The position numbers were made by a program, and so were the translations under genes. DNA of 64,000 nucleotides, from assembly GCA_036677365.1 (NCBI GenBank), contig JAVBWN010000021.1, positions 12,804 through 76,803 on the forward strand, read 5' to 3'. Positions 9,279-19,081 of the stretch are shown piece after piece (position 1 is the first letter of the stretch; each line of letters begins with the position of its first letter). A model generated the notes under the pieces. That model worked only from the letters and a program-made list of their open reading frames with translations. It made no database searches and was not told the DNA's origin. Source of the DNA: Acholeplasma sp. (GTDB lineage Bacteria > Bacillota_I > Bacilli_A > Acholeplasmatales > UBA5453).

Positions 9279-9402
9279 GTATTATCCCTCCCATGTGATA
9301 ACAAATTTTTATTCATTATACATCGAGTTTTTTACTTTATCAAACGATTAGAAGAAGATTGTCCGTAAAAATAAAAAAAATCTTAAAAATGGACTAAGAT
9401 AG

Positions 9403-9430
9403 AAAAAAAATAGCCTTTTTCGGCTATTTT
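9403..9430 (-). terminator. Terminator of the GH13 gene
   Basis: AAAATAGCC-loop-GGCTATTTT with an A run. Confidence 0.75.
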
Positions 9431-11508
9431 GATTTGTTTTTTTGAAGAACAAGAATTTTAACTTCACCAGCACCCATGAAGAAGTAAGGGTTTTGGTTTT
9501 CATCGAACTCATAGAACATTCTTGGACCCGCTTCATGCATCGCATACAAGATACGACCCTCATTTTGACTGAGTTCAAAACGTTTACGAAGGGGTCTTAA
9601 ATCGACTTTAACATGTTGTGCATCGAATGGGTTCGCATTACCAACGACGAGTAAAATTTCATCTTTTGCTTCATAGGCAAATCCAACAGGGTTATACCCT
9701 TCTAGGAAAGAAACAGGGATGTAGTTTTTCTTATCAGTGATGACATTGAGATATTTCTTACGAATCGGTTTGACTCTGGCAAGATTATCCGGGATGTCGT
9801 TATGCATGTGATTGAGGTAATGCAGTGCAAACTTGTCAAATAAAGCTAACTTCATATAGAATGGATCTTCTGCAGGTAACATGTAAAGTTCATTCGGTCT
9901 TGGGTCAATACCCGTATTCATCGGTTGACGCTCATAGACTTCTTGACCAGAGTTGATGAACGGTACACCATTAGGCATAAACATATTCATCACAGTCAAA
10001 AACTTGGATAGATTTTGGCCACCATCACGTGCAGCAAGTCTTGGGGTATCGTGGGTTTCACCACACGCGAATACCGCACAATCCAAATCTACGCTCTTGT
10101 AATAGAAATGATGAAGTTTACCTTCCCAAATGTGTGGTTGCATCGAGAATCCATTACCAATGATCATGTTATAACCCAAACCTCTAGCAAACTTCGCGTT
10201 ATCCACATTGAGTTCTTCAGCAATGAATGCGAAATCTGGATCAACTTCACGTGCAGTTTTGATGATTTGGTTTACCAATTCTTTAGGTAAAGCATGTCCC
10301 ATATCAATTCTCGCCCCATCGATACCATAGGTTTTTTGATAGTGTGGAATGATGTTGGCCAATGTATCCCAGAGTTCTTTGTTTGGTTTATGACCAGGGT
10401 ATAAATTAGATTTGATGGTATCAAATAAGATATATGGAGCGACATTCTTATTTTCTAGAAATTTAGAGGTTTCGATTGGATGGTCAAGATACATTCTAAA
10501 GAAGGTAACATCGGTCCATGGGGGTTGGATATCGTTGATGTGGTCTGAGAATGCAGGTGCAATCGTTAAACCGAAATATTTGTCCACCAGTTCAAGGATC
10601 GAACCGCCTTTTCTTGCGTATTCTTTTTTGAGTTTAGCCCACAATTCACTATTTTGAGTTTTCGGATCAAATTGGAAACGACCGATGTGTTCTAAGACTT
10701 TTTTACTCTTATAAACTGTCGGCATGAATTTCATGGTAGGTGAAACGGTACGGTCATTGATTTCATCGACATAAGGTGGATTGTAAATAGCCAAATCGGA
10801 TGATTTAATCCAATAGAACCAATCTGGATGATCAATGATGAGGTCACTTTCGGTGGCGTTTGTACGAGGGATGATGTCGATCATCACACGCATACCAAGG
10901 GTATGAGCCGCTTCAACCAAGGCTTGAAATTGGTCATCTAAAGATAAAGCATCCCCTACCATCGGGTCAGCTAAGCTAGGGTCTAATTCAAAGAAGTTTG
11001 AAACACCATAAGGTGAACCCAATTCGCCTTTTTTATTCTTTAATGAGAATTTAGAAATTGGGAGTAAATAAATCGCATCGACACCCATCTTGTCTAAAAG
11101 TGGCAGTAGAGCCAATGTTTTGATGAATGTACCTGTTTCTTTCAAATGATAGATGTTATTTTCATCGACATAACCATTACGGTCATGGTCCCAAGTCGTC
11201 GACGTACGAATCATCATGGAATACACAGTGGATTTTAAAATCCAGTCGCCACCCATTTTCTTTTTCGCAATCTTCGAACCTTTGAGCTGAGACAAGGATG
11301 CCACTTCATGGCTTTCATAATGCTTAAGTAAGACTTGATCGATTAAATCGACCATAAAATCATAGGGATTCACCAAGTGTTCCCCATTATTCAAAATCGA
11401 TAGTGACTCGTGACCAAACAAATTAAACATTTCAGGTATTGCATAATTGAGTGGATAGTTTGGTTTATTGTTCACCAACGCTTCGCGTAGTTTTAATAGT
11501 TTTGACAT
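9424..11508 (-). CDS. GH13 maltodextrin glycosyltransferase (Thermotoga maltosyltransferase-like)
   Basis: ETGTFIK...LLP...MGVDAIYLLP, SPY.V.N..ELD, DIIPRT....SDLI.DHPDWFYWIK, DGARIDMGHAL, IAEEL and ETHDTPR motifs. Confidence 0.85.
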   Translation of the reverse strand: MSKLLKLREALVNNKPNYPLNYAIPEMFNLFGHESLSILNNGEHLVNPYDFMVDLIDQVLLKHYESHEVASLSQLKGSKIAKKKMGGDWILKSTVYSMMIRTSTTWDHDRNGYVDENNIYHLKETGTFIKTLALLPLLDKMGVDAIYLLPISKFSLKNKKGELGSPYGVSNFFELDPSLADPMVGDALSLDDQFQALVEAAHTLGMRVMIDIIPRTNATESDLIIDHPDWFYWIKSSDLAIYNPPYVDEINDRTVSPTMKFMPTVYKSKKVLEHIGRFQFDPKTQNSELWAKLKKEYARKGGSILELVDKYFGLTIAPAFSDHINDIQPPWTDVTFFRMYLDHPIETSKFLENKNVAPYILFDTIKSNLYPGHKPNKELWDTLANIIPHYQKTYGIDGARIDMGHALPKELVNQIIKTAREVDPDFAFIAEELNVDNAKFARGLGYNMIIGNGFSMQPHIWEGKLHHFYYKSVDLDCAVFACGETHDTPRLAARDGGQNLSKFLTVMNMFMPNGVPFINSGQEVYERQPMNTGIDPRPNELYMLPAEDPFYMKLALFDKFALHYLNHMHNDIPDNLARVKPIRKKYLNVITDKKNYIPVSFLEGYNPVGFAYEAKDEILLVVGNANPFDAQHVKVDLRPLRKRFELSQNEGRILYAMHEAGPRMFYEFDENQNPYFFMGAGEVKILVLQKNKSK

Positions 11509-11534
11509 ATAGTATCCTCACTTTACCATACTTC

Positions 11535-11594
11535 ATTATAGCATGGCTCTGGGTCATTTAACATTGTTAAGCGAAAAAGAAGTAAGCGTTTACA
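11535..11594 (-). promoter_or_regulatory. Extended -10 promoter and cre/LacI-type operator upstream of the GH13 gene
   Basis: TGCTATAAT on the - strand (11543-11535); TGTAAACGCTTACT on the - strand (11594-11581). Confidence 0.55.
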
Positions 11595-11607
11595 CATAGA
11601 ATCCATC

Positions 11608-11630
11608 AAAAAAGATGGCGAACCATCTCT
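11608..11630 (-). terminator. Terminator of gpmI
   Basis: AGATGG-CGAA-CCATCT with an A run. Confidence 0.7.
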
Positions 11631-13166
11631 TTATTTGACGATTAAGGATTTTCCTGTCATTTCTTCGGGTTGTGCTACACCTAAAAGGTCTAACATGGTT
11701 GGTGCGACATCACACAATGCGCCACCATTTCGAAGTGTTAATCCTTTTTTAGTGATGACCACAGGCACGAGGTTTGTGGTATGTGCGGTGTGGGGTTTGC
11801 CGAATTCATCGCGCATTTTTTCTGCGTTACCATGGTCAGCCAAGACGATGGCAGTCCCACCAATTTGTTCAATGGCTTTTAAGACTTTACCTAAACAGAC
11901 ATCCACAGCTTCAACCGCTTTGGTGGTTGCTTCAATAGAACCGGTATGTCCAACCATATCTGGGTTAGCAAAATTGAGTACCATCGTGTCATAATGGTTG
12001 GTCAACAAAGCCTCAACGACTTTGTCGGTCAATTCATAAGCACTCATTTCAGGTTTTAAATCGTAGGTAGGTACTTTTGGTGAAGGGACTAAAATTCGGG
12101 TAGCACCTTTAAGTTCATAGTCTGCACCCCCGTCAAAGAAGAAGGTCACGTGTGCATACTTTTCAGTTTCTGCAGCTCTCAATTGATTTAAACCTGCGTT
12201 TGCGATCACTTGACCATAAATATTCTTTAAATCGTTGAGTTCGAATGCAATTGGACCTTTGACGGTATAAGCATAGTGCATCATAGAAACAAAGAAAATA
12301 TTGTTTGGGATATGCGACGCATCGAAGGTTGCTTTGCCTTCTGAATAGTATTTGGATACTTCCGATGGGTTAGAGAACGCGGTTGCGATACGAATGGCTC
12401 TGTCTGGGCGGAAATTGGCGAAAATAATCGCGTCATTGTCCTCAATTAAACCTTTTTTATTGACGATGAATGGGATGACGAACTCATCGGTAACACCACT
12501 GGCATAGGATTCTTCAATACCACAAATTGGGCAATCTTTTTCTTCGCCTTTACCGATGGTCATGGCATCTACCGATTTTTGAAGTCTGTCCCAGTTGTTA
12601 TCGCGGTCCATCGCATAATAACGGCCATGGACAGTGGCGATACGCGCACCCGCTTCAATCAATTCTTTAACAAATGCCAAACCAGATGTTTGAGGGGTAT
12701 CTCTACCATCTAAGAACGCATGATAATATGTTTTTTGTTCTAAACCATGGGTTTTAGCTAATTCGAGTAAAGCCATGATGTGTTTGGAAGAAGAGTGGAC
12801 GCCGCCATCGCCTGCCAAACCGAAGATGTGTAATTTTGAATTGTGTTTTTTAGCATGTGCAATCGCATCTAAGAAAGCTTGGTTTTGGAAAAAGGAACCA
12901 TCTTTAATCGCGACATTGACACGGGTCAAGGATTGATAAACGACACGTCCAGCCCCTAAATTTAAGTGACCAACTTCACTGTTACCCATTTGTCCTTCAG
13001 GTAACCCAACGGCTTCTTCAGACGCTTGAAGTGTGCTGTTTGGATAGTTTGCTAAAAGTGCATCCAAATTTGGTTTATTGGCAAGTGTGACTGAATTGGA
13101 GTCGCTTGCTGGGGCTAAACCTTGCCCATCTAAAATGATTAAACCAACGAATTTTTTTGTACTCAT
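11631..13166 (-). CDS. gpmI: 2,3-bisphosphoglycerate-independent phosphoglycerate mutase
   Basis: GLPEGQMGNSEVGH, GRYYAMDRD, NFRPDRA, ETEKYAHVTFFF, NPDMVGHTG, ADHGNAE. Confidence 0.97.
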   Translation of the reverse strand: MSTKKFVGLIILDGQGLAPASDSNSVTLANKPNLDALLANYPNSTLQASEEAVGLPEGQMGNSEVGHLNLGAGRVVYQSLTRVNVAIKDGSFFQNQAFLDAIAHAKKHNSKLHIFGLAGDGGVHSSSKHIMALLELAKTHGLEQKTYYHAFLDGRDTPQTSGLAFVKELIEAGARIATVHGRYYAMDRDNNWDRLQKSVDAMTIGKGEEKDCPICGIEESYASGVTDEFVIPFIVNKKGLIEDNDAIIFANFRPDRAIRIATAFSNPSEVSKYYSEGKATFDASHIPNNIFFVSMMHYAYTVKGPIAFELNDLKNIYGQVIANAGLNQLRAAETEKYAHVTFFFDGGADYELKGATRILVPSPKVPTYDLKPEMSAYELTDKVVEALLTNHYDTMVLNFANPDMVGHTGSIEATTKAVEAVDVCLGKVLKAIEQIGGTAIVLADHGNAEKMRDEFGKPHTAHTTNLVPVVITKKGLTLRNGGALCDVAPTMLDLLGVAQPEEMTGKSLIVK

Positions 13167-13377
13167 GAATATGCCTCATTTCTATTTTACCAATGTTATT
13201 ATATACTAATGACCTTCAAAATAAAAATTGAAAGTGTTTACGGATTTATAAAAATCCTAACACACATGAAACTGGCTAAAAATGCGTTCAATTGAGATAG
13301 GTATAATAATAATTCAAATAAACTATTTATATGAATCATGAACTATGTTATAATTTGCATCGTAAAGGATGATAACC

Positions 13378-14193
13378 ATGACACTCGAACAATTTGTAAA
13401 AAAGCAGATTCAATTTCAAACCATCCGAAGAATTGCAGTCGTGATTGCAGTGGTATCTTCAGTGGGATTATTCTTCAGACAGTTTTGGGTTTTATTAGTC
13501 ATTTTAGGCTGTATAGCAGTATACATGAAACTCCAAGAAGACTACACCAAAATGGCACTTGAATTTAAAAAAAATCATTTGAAAGAAGCCATCGAATCGC
13601 GATACCCCAATATAAAATACGATATGAGTAAAGGGTTCTTACCCATCGATGTGTATGGTTCTAGATTGATTGAACGTGGCGACATTTTTAAAAGTGAAGA
13701 CATGCTTCAAGGTAAGATTGGTAACACCCGTTTCAGAACTGCCGATGTGAAGATTCAATTTGAACGGATGTCGCGTAATGGTCGCCAAATCATCACCAGA
13801 TTTAGTGGTAAATACTACGAAATTGAACTACCATTTATTGTCAATCAACCCGTTTATATTGTGAACAATGGGGCTGAAAAATTTGGTATCAAATTGGGCT
13901 TACCCAGAATTGATTTTGAATATATTGATTTTAATAATGAAGTCGATGTGTATTCAAATAACAGCGAAGCAGCATTCAAACTCTTAAAACCAAAAGCGAT
14001 GGAAACCATTTTGAAATTGCGTCAAAAATATGGTTCTGTGGGATTCGCATTCTTAAACAAAACCATGGTGGTTGCGATGGAAGGTAGAAACAGTTTTGAA
14101 TTTTACATTCATAGAAAAATTGATAAACATTTCGTAGAAACCATTGAACAAGAAATGCAAACCTTGATTGATTTAGCCACATCGATGAAGTAA
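13378..14193 (+). CDS. DUF3137-like membrane protein (paralog 1)
   Basis: Two N-terminal TMs, SED...GKI..T.F, F.G..YEI, E..DFN....VYS; SD AAAGGA. Confidence 0.7.
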   Translation: MTLEQFVKKQIQFQTIRRIAVVIAVVSSVGLFFRQFWVLLVILGCIAVYMKLQEDYTKMALEFKKNHLKEAIESRYPNIKYDMSKGFLPIDVYGSRLIERGDIFKSEDMLQGKIGNTRFRTADVKIQFERMSRNGRQIITRFSGKYYEIELPFIVNQPVYIVNNGAEKFGIKLGLPRIDFEYIDFNNEVDVYSNNSEAAFKLLKPKAMETILKLRQKYGSVGFAFLNKTMVVAMEGRNSFEFYIHRKIDKHFVETIEQEMQTLIDLATSMK

Positions 14194-14205
14194 TGAGGTC
14201 ATATT

Positions 14206-15030
14206 ATGAACGCACACGAGTATGAAGTAAAAAAAGGTTTATATGAAATTTTGACTGTCCTTGGATTCATATTTTTAGGCATTGGATTCATATTTATTAC
14301 AGTCCAACCAGCGCTTGGGTTTGTATTTTTTATTGGTGGTGGGGCCTTATCGGCTTTGTCATCCATGGCATTTAAGAAACTATCTAATAGATTTAAAATA
14401 GAGTTTGTAAAAAAAAGTATCGAAGAACTTTACCCCACCACATCATTTCATCCAGAACGAGGGTTTTTACCGGATGAAGTTTACGGCACTTTAGTGTTAA
14501 AAAAAGAAGACCGCTTCTCAAGTGAAGACATGATTGAAGGTAAAATCAGCAATAGACGATTTCGTTGTGCGGATTTGCACTTACAAGATGTCAGAAGCAA
14601 TGGCAAATCCACCACGGTCGTCACGGTGTTTAGAGGTCGATTTTATGAAATAGAATTTGAAAAGACGCTTTCGACCCCTGTTTATATCGTTGCCAATCAA
14701 ACCCTATTTACAAGATTTTCAGGGTTTGAAAAAATGGAAATGGAATATGTCGAATTCAATAAAGCATTTGATGTGTTTGGCAAAGACCCACTCGCCACAT
14801 TCCGTTTGATCAAACCACGATTTATGGAACACGTCATGTCCTTGAATAACCGCTACAAAGGGATTCAATTTGGTTTCATTGGCAATAAATTATATGTCGC
14901 CATCAAAAATGGCATCGATACATTTGATTTAAAAATGTTCAAACCGATCGATTTAAGTTACATCGACGAAATCAAAAGAGAGTTTGAAGATATCACCATC
15001 ATGATTGAAACGCTTACAAGCGAATTGTGA
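14206..15030 (+). CDS. DUF3137-like membrane protein (paralog 2)
   Basis: Two TMs, SEDMIEGKI, TVVTVFRGRF, ME..EFNKAFDVF, L.KP.FME. Confidence 0.78.
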   Translation: MNAHEYEVKKGLYEILTVLGFIFLGIGFIFITVQPALGFVFFIGGGALSALSSMAFKKLSNRFKIEFVKKSIEELYPTTSFHPERGFLPDEVYGTLVLKKEDRFSSEDMIEGKISNRRFRCADLHLQDVRSNGKSTTVVTVFRGRFYEIEFEKTLSTPVYIVANQTLFTRFSGFEKMEMEYVEFNKAFDVFGKDPLATFRLIKPRFMEHVMSLNNRYKGIQFGFIGNKLYVAIKNGIDTFDLKMFKPIDLSYIDEIKREFEDITIMIETLTSEL

Positions 15031-15059
15031 TTGACTTCTATATTTAAATTTTCTATAAT
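15031..15059 (+). promoter_or_regulatory. SigA promoter of the FMN riboswitch leader
   Basis: TTGACT-17-TATAAT. Confidence 0.8.
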
Positions 15060-15070
15060 GTAGCTGAGTT

Positions 15071-15180
15071 AATACTTCGGGGCAAGGTGAAATTCCTTGA
15101 TCGGCGGTAAAGTCCGCGAACCTTTTTGGTTGAACTGGTGCAATTCCAGTACCGACAGTATAGTCTGGATGGGAGAAGAA
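15071..15180 (+). ncRNA. FMN riboswitch (RFN element)
   Basis: CTTCGGGGCAAGGTGAAATTCC..CGGCGGTAAAGTCCGCGA...CCGACAGTATAGTCTGGATGGGAGAAG consensus. Confidence 0.95.
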
Positions 15181-15202
15181 AGAGGTTTTTTAGCCTGTTT
15201 TT

Positions 15203-15231
15203 TGCCGTCACCCTGGAGTGGCGGCATTTTT
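15203..15231 (+). terminator. Riboswitch expression-platform terminator
   Basis: TGCCGTCAC-CCTGGA-GTGGCGGCA-TTTTT. Confidence 0.85.
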
Positions 15232-15248
15232 GTTCATAGGAGGATAAT

Positions 15249-15947
15249 ATGAGAACAAATTACAGTATTAAAAAACTCATCTTTATTGCTTCGCTTGCAG
15301 CCATTTCAGTCGTCTTCGGTTTGATCGAGATTCCACTCGGTTTGCCGTGGCTTAAACTGGATGTCAGCGAACTTGCGATTTTGGTCGCAGCAGTCGTCAT
15401 TGGTTACAAAGGCGCGTTTGGTCTAGTATTCGTTAGGGGTATTTTCAGACAAGCGTTCCAAGGCCAATTGTTCATGCCAACCGAATTGGTTGGTGAAGCC
15501 ATCGCGATGATCGCGAGTACGGTATTATTATTGACCTATTATGGGTTGTCAAAAGCGATTAAAACATATCGTAAACCACTCATTTTAGAGGCTGTAGTTG
15601 ATCCGCAAATGGTCTCGTTTAAAGAAGTCATCGTGATTGTTGCTGGATTGACAGTAACACTCACCGTGGTCATGATTACATTGAATATTTTCATCTTAAC
15701 ACCGATTTACTTGAGTACTTATGATGCTTTATTCGGATTCTTTGGATTTTCATCCTTCCACATCACCGTATTCACATTATTAAATGACCCAGGTATGGCC
15801 AACATATTCGGTGTAGACTTATCGAATTGGAACCTTTATGTGACATACATAGTAGCAAATTATACGTTATTGAATATCGCAAAAGGATTGATTACAAGTA
15901 TGTTATTTTTGCCAATTAAATCGACATTGGAGAAAGTTGAGTTATAA
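15249..15947 (+). CDS. ribU: ECF transporter S component for riboflavin
   Basis: IEIP...PWLKLD.SE motif, multiple TMs, downstream of the FMN riboswitch. Confidence 0.85.
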   Translation: MRTNYSIKKLIFIASLAAISVVFGLIEIPLGLPWLKLDVSELAILVAAVVIGYKGAFGLVFVRGIFRQAFQGQLFMPTELVGEAIAMIASTVLLLTYYGLSKAIKTYRKPLILEAVVDPQMVSFKEVIVIVAGLTVTLTVVMITLNIFILTPIYLSTYDALFGFFGFSSFHITVFTLLNDPGMANIFGVDLSNWNLYVTYIVANYTLLNIAKGLITSMLFLPIKSTLEKVEL

Positions 15948-15969
15948 TAGAGACGAAAAGAGGTGAGTT

Positions 15970-16464
15970 ATGAAACACTTGTTATATGAATTGAAACAAC
16001 CATTTATCAAGTCGGACATGAAACGTTTCATTTTAGAAGGGTTTCTTGCAAGTTTCGTTTTTGGTGGTTTCATTGGCGCACTCACGTTCATTTTAGCCAA
16101 CTATTTTAATTCCATTTTAGCTCTATTTACGTTCATCATTCTATACATTTTTTTATCAAACCGTTTGTTTCGCAGTTTTAACCAATATCATATATGGTAT
16201 TCCATTTTAGCAGTCTTCTTTCTATTGTTAGGAGAATATGCCATGGGACTAACCGCGAACTTATTGGTTATTCAAATCGTTGATGGTAACCTATCGGTCG
16301 TATTCAGCAGTTTTTCAACTGCAATGAGGATTTTAAATCCACTGGGGTATTTTTCATACTTTTGGTTGTGGTCGTTGAATTTTGGCGTGATCATTTCAAA
16401 CCTAATTCAAATATTCTTCACGGTTTATTTAAGCTACAGCATCTATCAAATGATGAAGCGCTGA
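15970..16464 (+). CDS. Hypothetical multi-pass membrane protein
   Basis: GAGGTG RBS; about four hydrophobic segments. Confidence 0.7.
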   Translation: MKHLLYELKQPFIKSDMKRFILEGFLASFVFGGFIGALTFILANYFNSILALFTFIILYIFLSNRLFRSFNQYHIWYSILAVFFLLLGEYAMGLTANLLVIQIVDGNLSVVFSSFSTAMRILNPLGYFSYFWLWSLNFGVIISNLIQIFFTVYLSYSIYQMMKR

Positions 16465-17859
<1,395 letters not shown>

Positions 17860-17866
17860 CCCAAAC

Positions 17867-17897
17867 AAAATGCCCAGCGCAAGCTGAGCATTTTTTT
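17867..17897. terminator. Bidirectional terminator
   Basis: AAAATGCCCAGC-GCAA-GCTGAGCATTTT. Confidence 0.75.
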
Positions 17898-18909
17898 ATT
17901 TTGTTTCACCACGTTTTAGGGTATTCTCTTCAATGTAAATATAGCCGATGGATTTGGCATTATCATTATAATAAATAGTTATCCAATGTACATCTTTTTC
18001 TTTGATGAATGTTTTGACAAGATGCATATCGTTGAATAGATGGAAATTGGATGATGTCTCTAATAAACCGAATCTATCCATTTGATGAAATTGTTTGAAA
18101 ACACCTTCATAGGTACCACTGACTGCTTTTGTATAATTCCAATAGTAAACATCGTAAGTGTTGTTTTGATGGATGGATATAAATGTTCTTGCAATATTGA
18201 TGTATTCTGCAGATGTGACTTCATTATCGATTTCACTCGCTTCATAGATAACTTCACCATTATTCAAGTAAACTTTGATTTCATGTAGTATACCATCATG
18301 AATTGCCAATATGTGATATACATAATTGTAATCACCTATACTTATCCAAGCATCTTTGTCGTATCTTTGATGTTTTTGGGCATAAACTTGTACTTTAATC
18401 ACATCTTGTATGATGAAATCCTTGTACGGGCCCTCAACAAATGCACTTAAATCTAAAGATAAAGGACACGGATTATCTTCACCAAAACACATTGGTTTGA
18501 GGCTTATAGTACCAACCATCGGATAAGTTTTTTCCATGCCATAATACGATCCTAGCCATCCAATCCGTTTGGTTACTTTCATCTCTTGAATGGTGTCATC
18601 GGTTTTAAGAAAAACATATGGAAAACCATTGTCATCAAAATAGTAGTGAGCAATTTTTACTGGATCATCGAACTTTGGTAAAACATACGTTTCATAAACT
18701 TCAAAGACAAAATCGTTTTCTCGCATAGAAACTATAATCAGATTATCGCCTTGTTTTGCTAACATGATTGTATGGACTATACCATCAATATTGTATAGAC
18801 TAATTTGGTCAGCATAGCTATCAGGAATCAATACATATGATACGCTTTTTTGACAACCAACCAACATTATCATGAGCAAGTAATGGATTAAAAGGAATCC
18901 TTTTTTCAT
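17896..18909 (-). CDS. Hypothetical lipoprotein
   Basis: MKK + hydrophobic stretch + lipobox LVGC; AAGAAGGTG RBS; AT-rich. Confidence 0.7.
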   Translation of the reverse strand: MKKGFLLIHYLLMIMLVGCQKSVSYVLIPDSYADQISLYNIDGIVHTIMLAKQGDNLIIVSMRENDFVFEVYETYVLPKFDDPVKIAHYYFDDNGFPYVFLKTDDTIQEMKVTKRIGWLGSYYGMEKTYPMVGTISLKPMCFGEDNPCPLSLDLSAFVEGPYKDFIIQDVIKVQVYAQKHQRYDKDAWISIGDYNYVYHILAIHDGILHEIKVYLNNGEVIYEASEIDNEVTSAEYINIARTFISIHQNNTYDVYYWNYTKAVSGTYEGVFKQFHQMDRFGLLETSSNFHLFNDMHLVKTFIKEKDVHWITIYYNDNAKSIGYIYIEENTLKRGETK

Positions 18910-19081
18910 GTGTCATACACCTTCTTTATTAGAAAGATTTTATCACTTACTTAAATAAAAGTCATTTCATTTTTTTAGTTTTTTGAAATTTTATTTGTTA
19001 CTTATATTTACACGCATTTTTTGGATTTATGAATGTATGTTCTATACCTTATGGTATAATATTTAAGAAGTTGGTGAATCC

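Noticed and set aside
13228..13242. Weak cre-like sites upstream of gpmI (TTGAAAGTGTTTACG) and eno (CGAAACCGCTTTTA, ~16467)
   Set aside because: They miss the central CG or the terminal bases and are too degenerate to support
18956..18968. 13-mer TAAAAGTCATTTC shared by the regions upstream of rnr and rny (42333-42345)
   Set aside because: An AT-rich match of this length is plausible by chance, and here it coincides with the -35 of the divergent lipoprotein promoter
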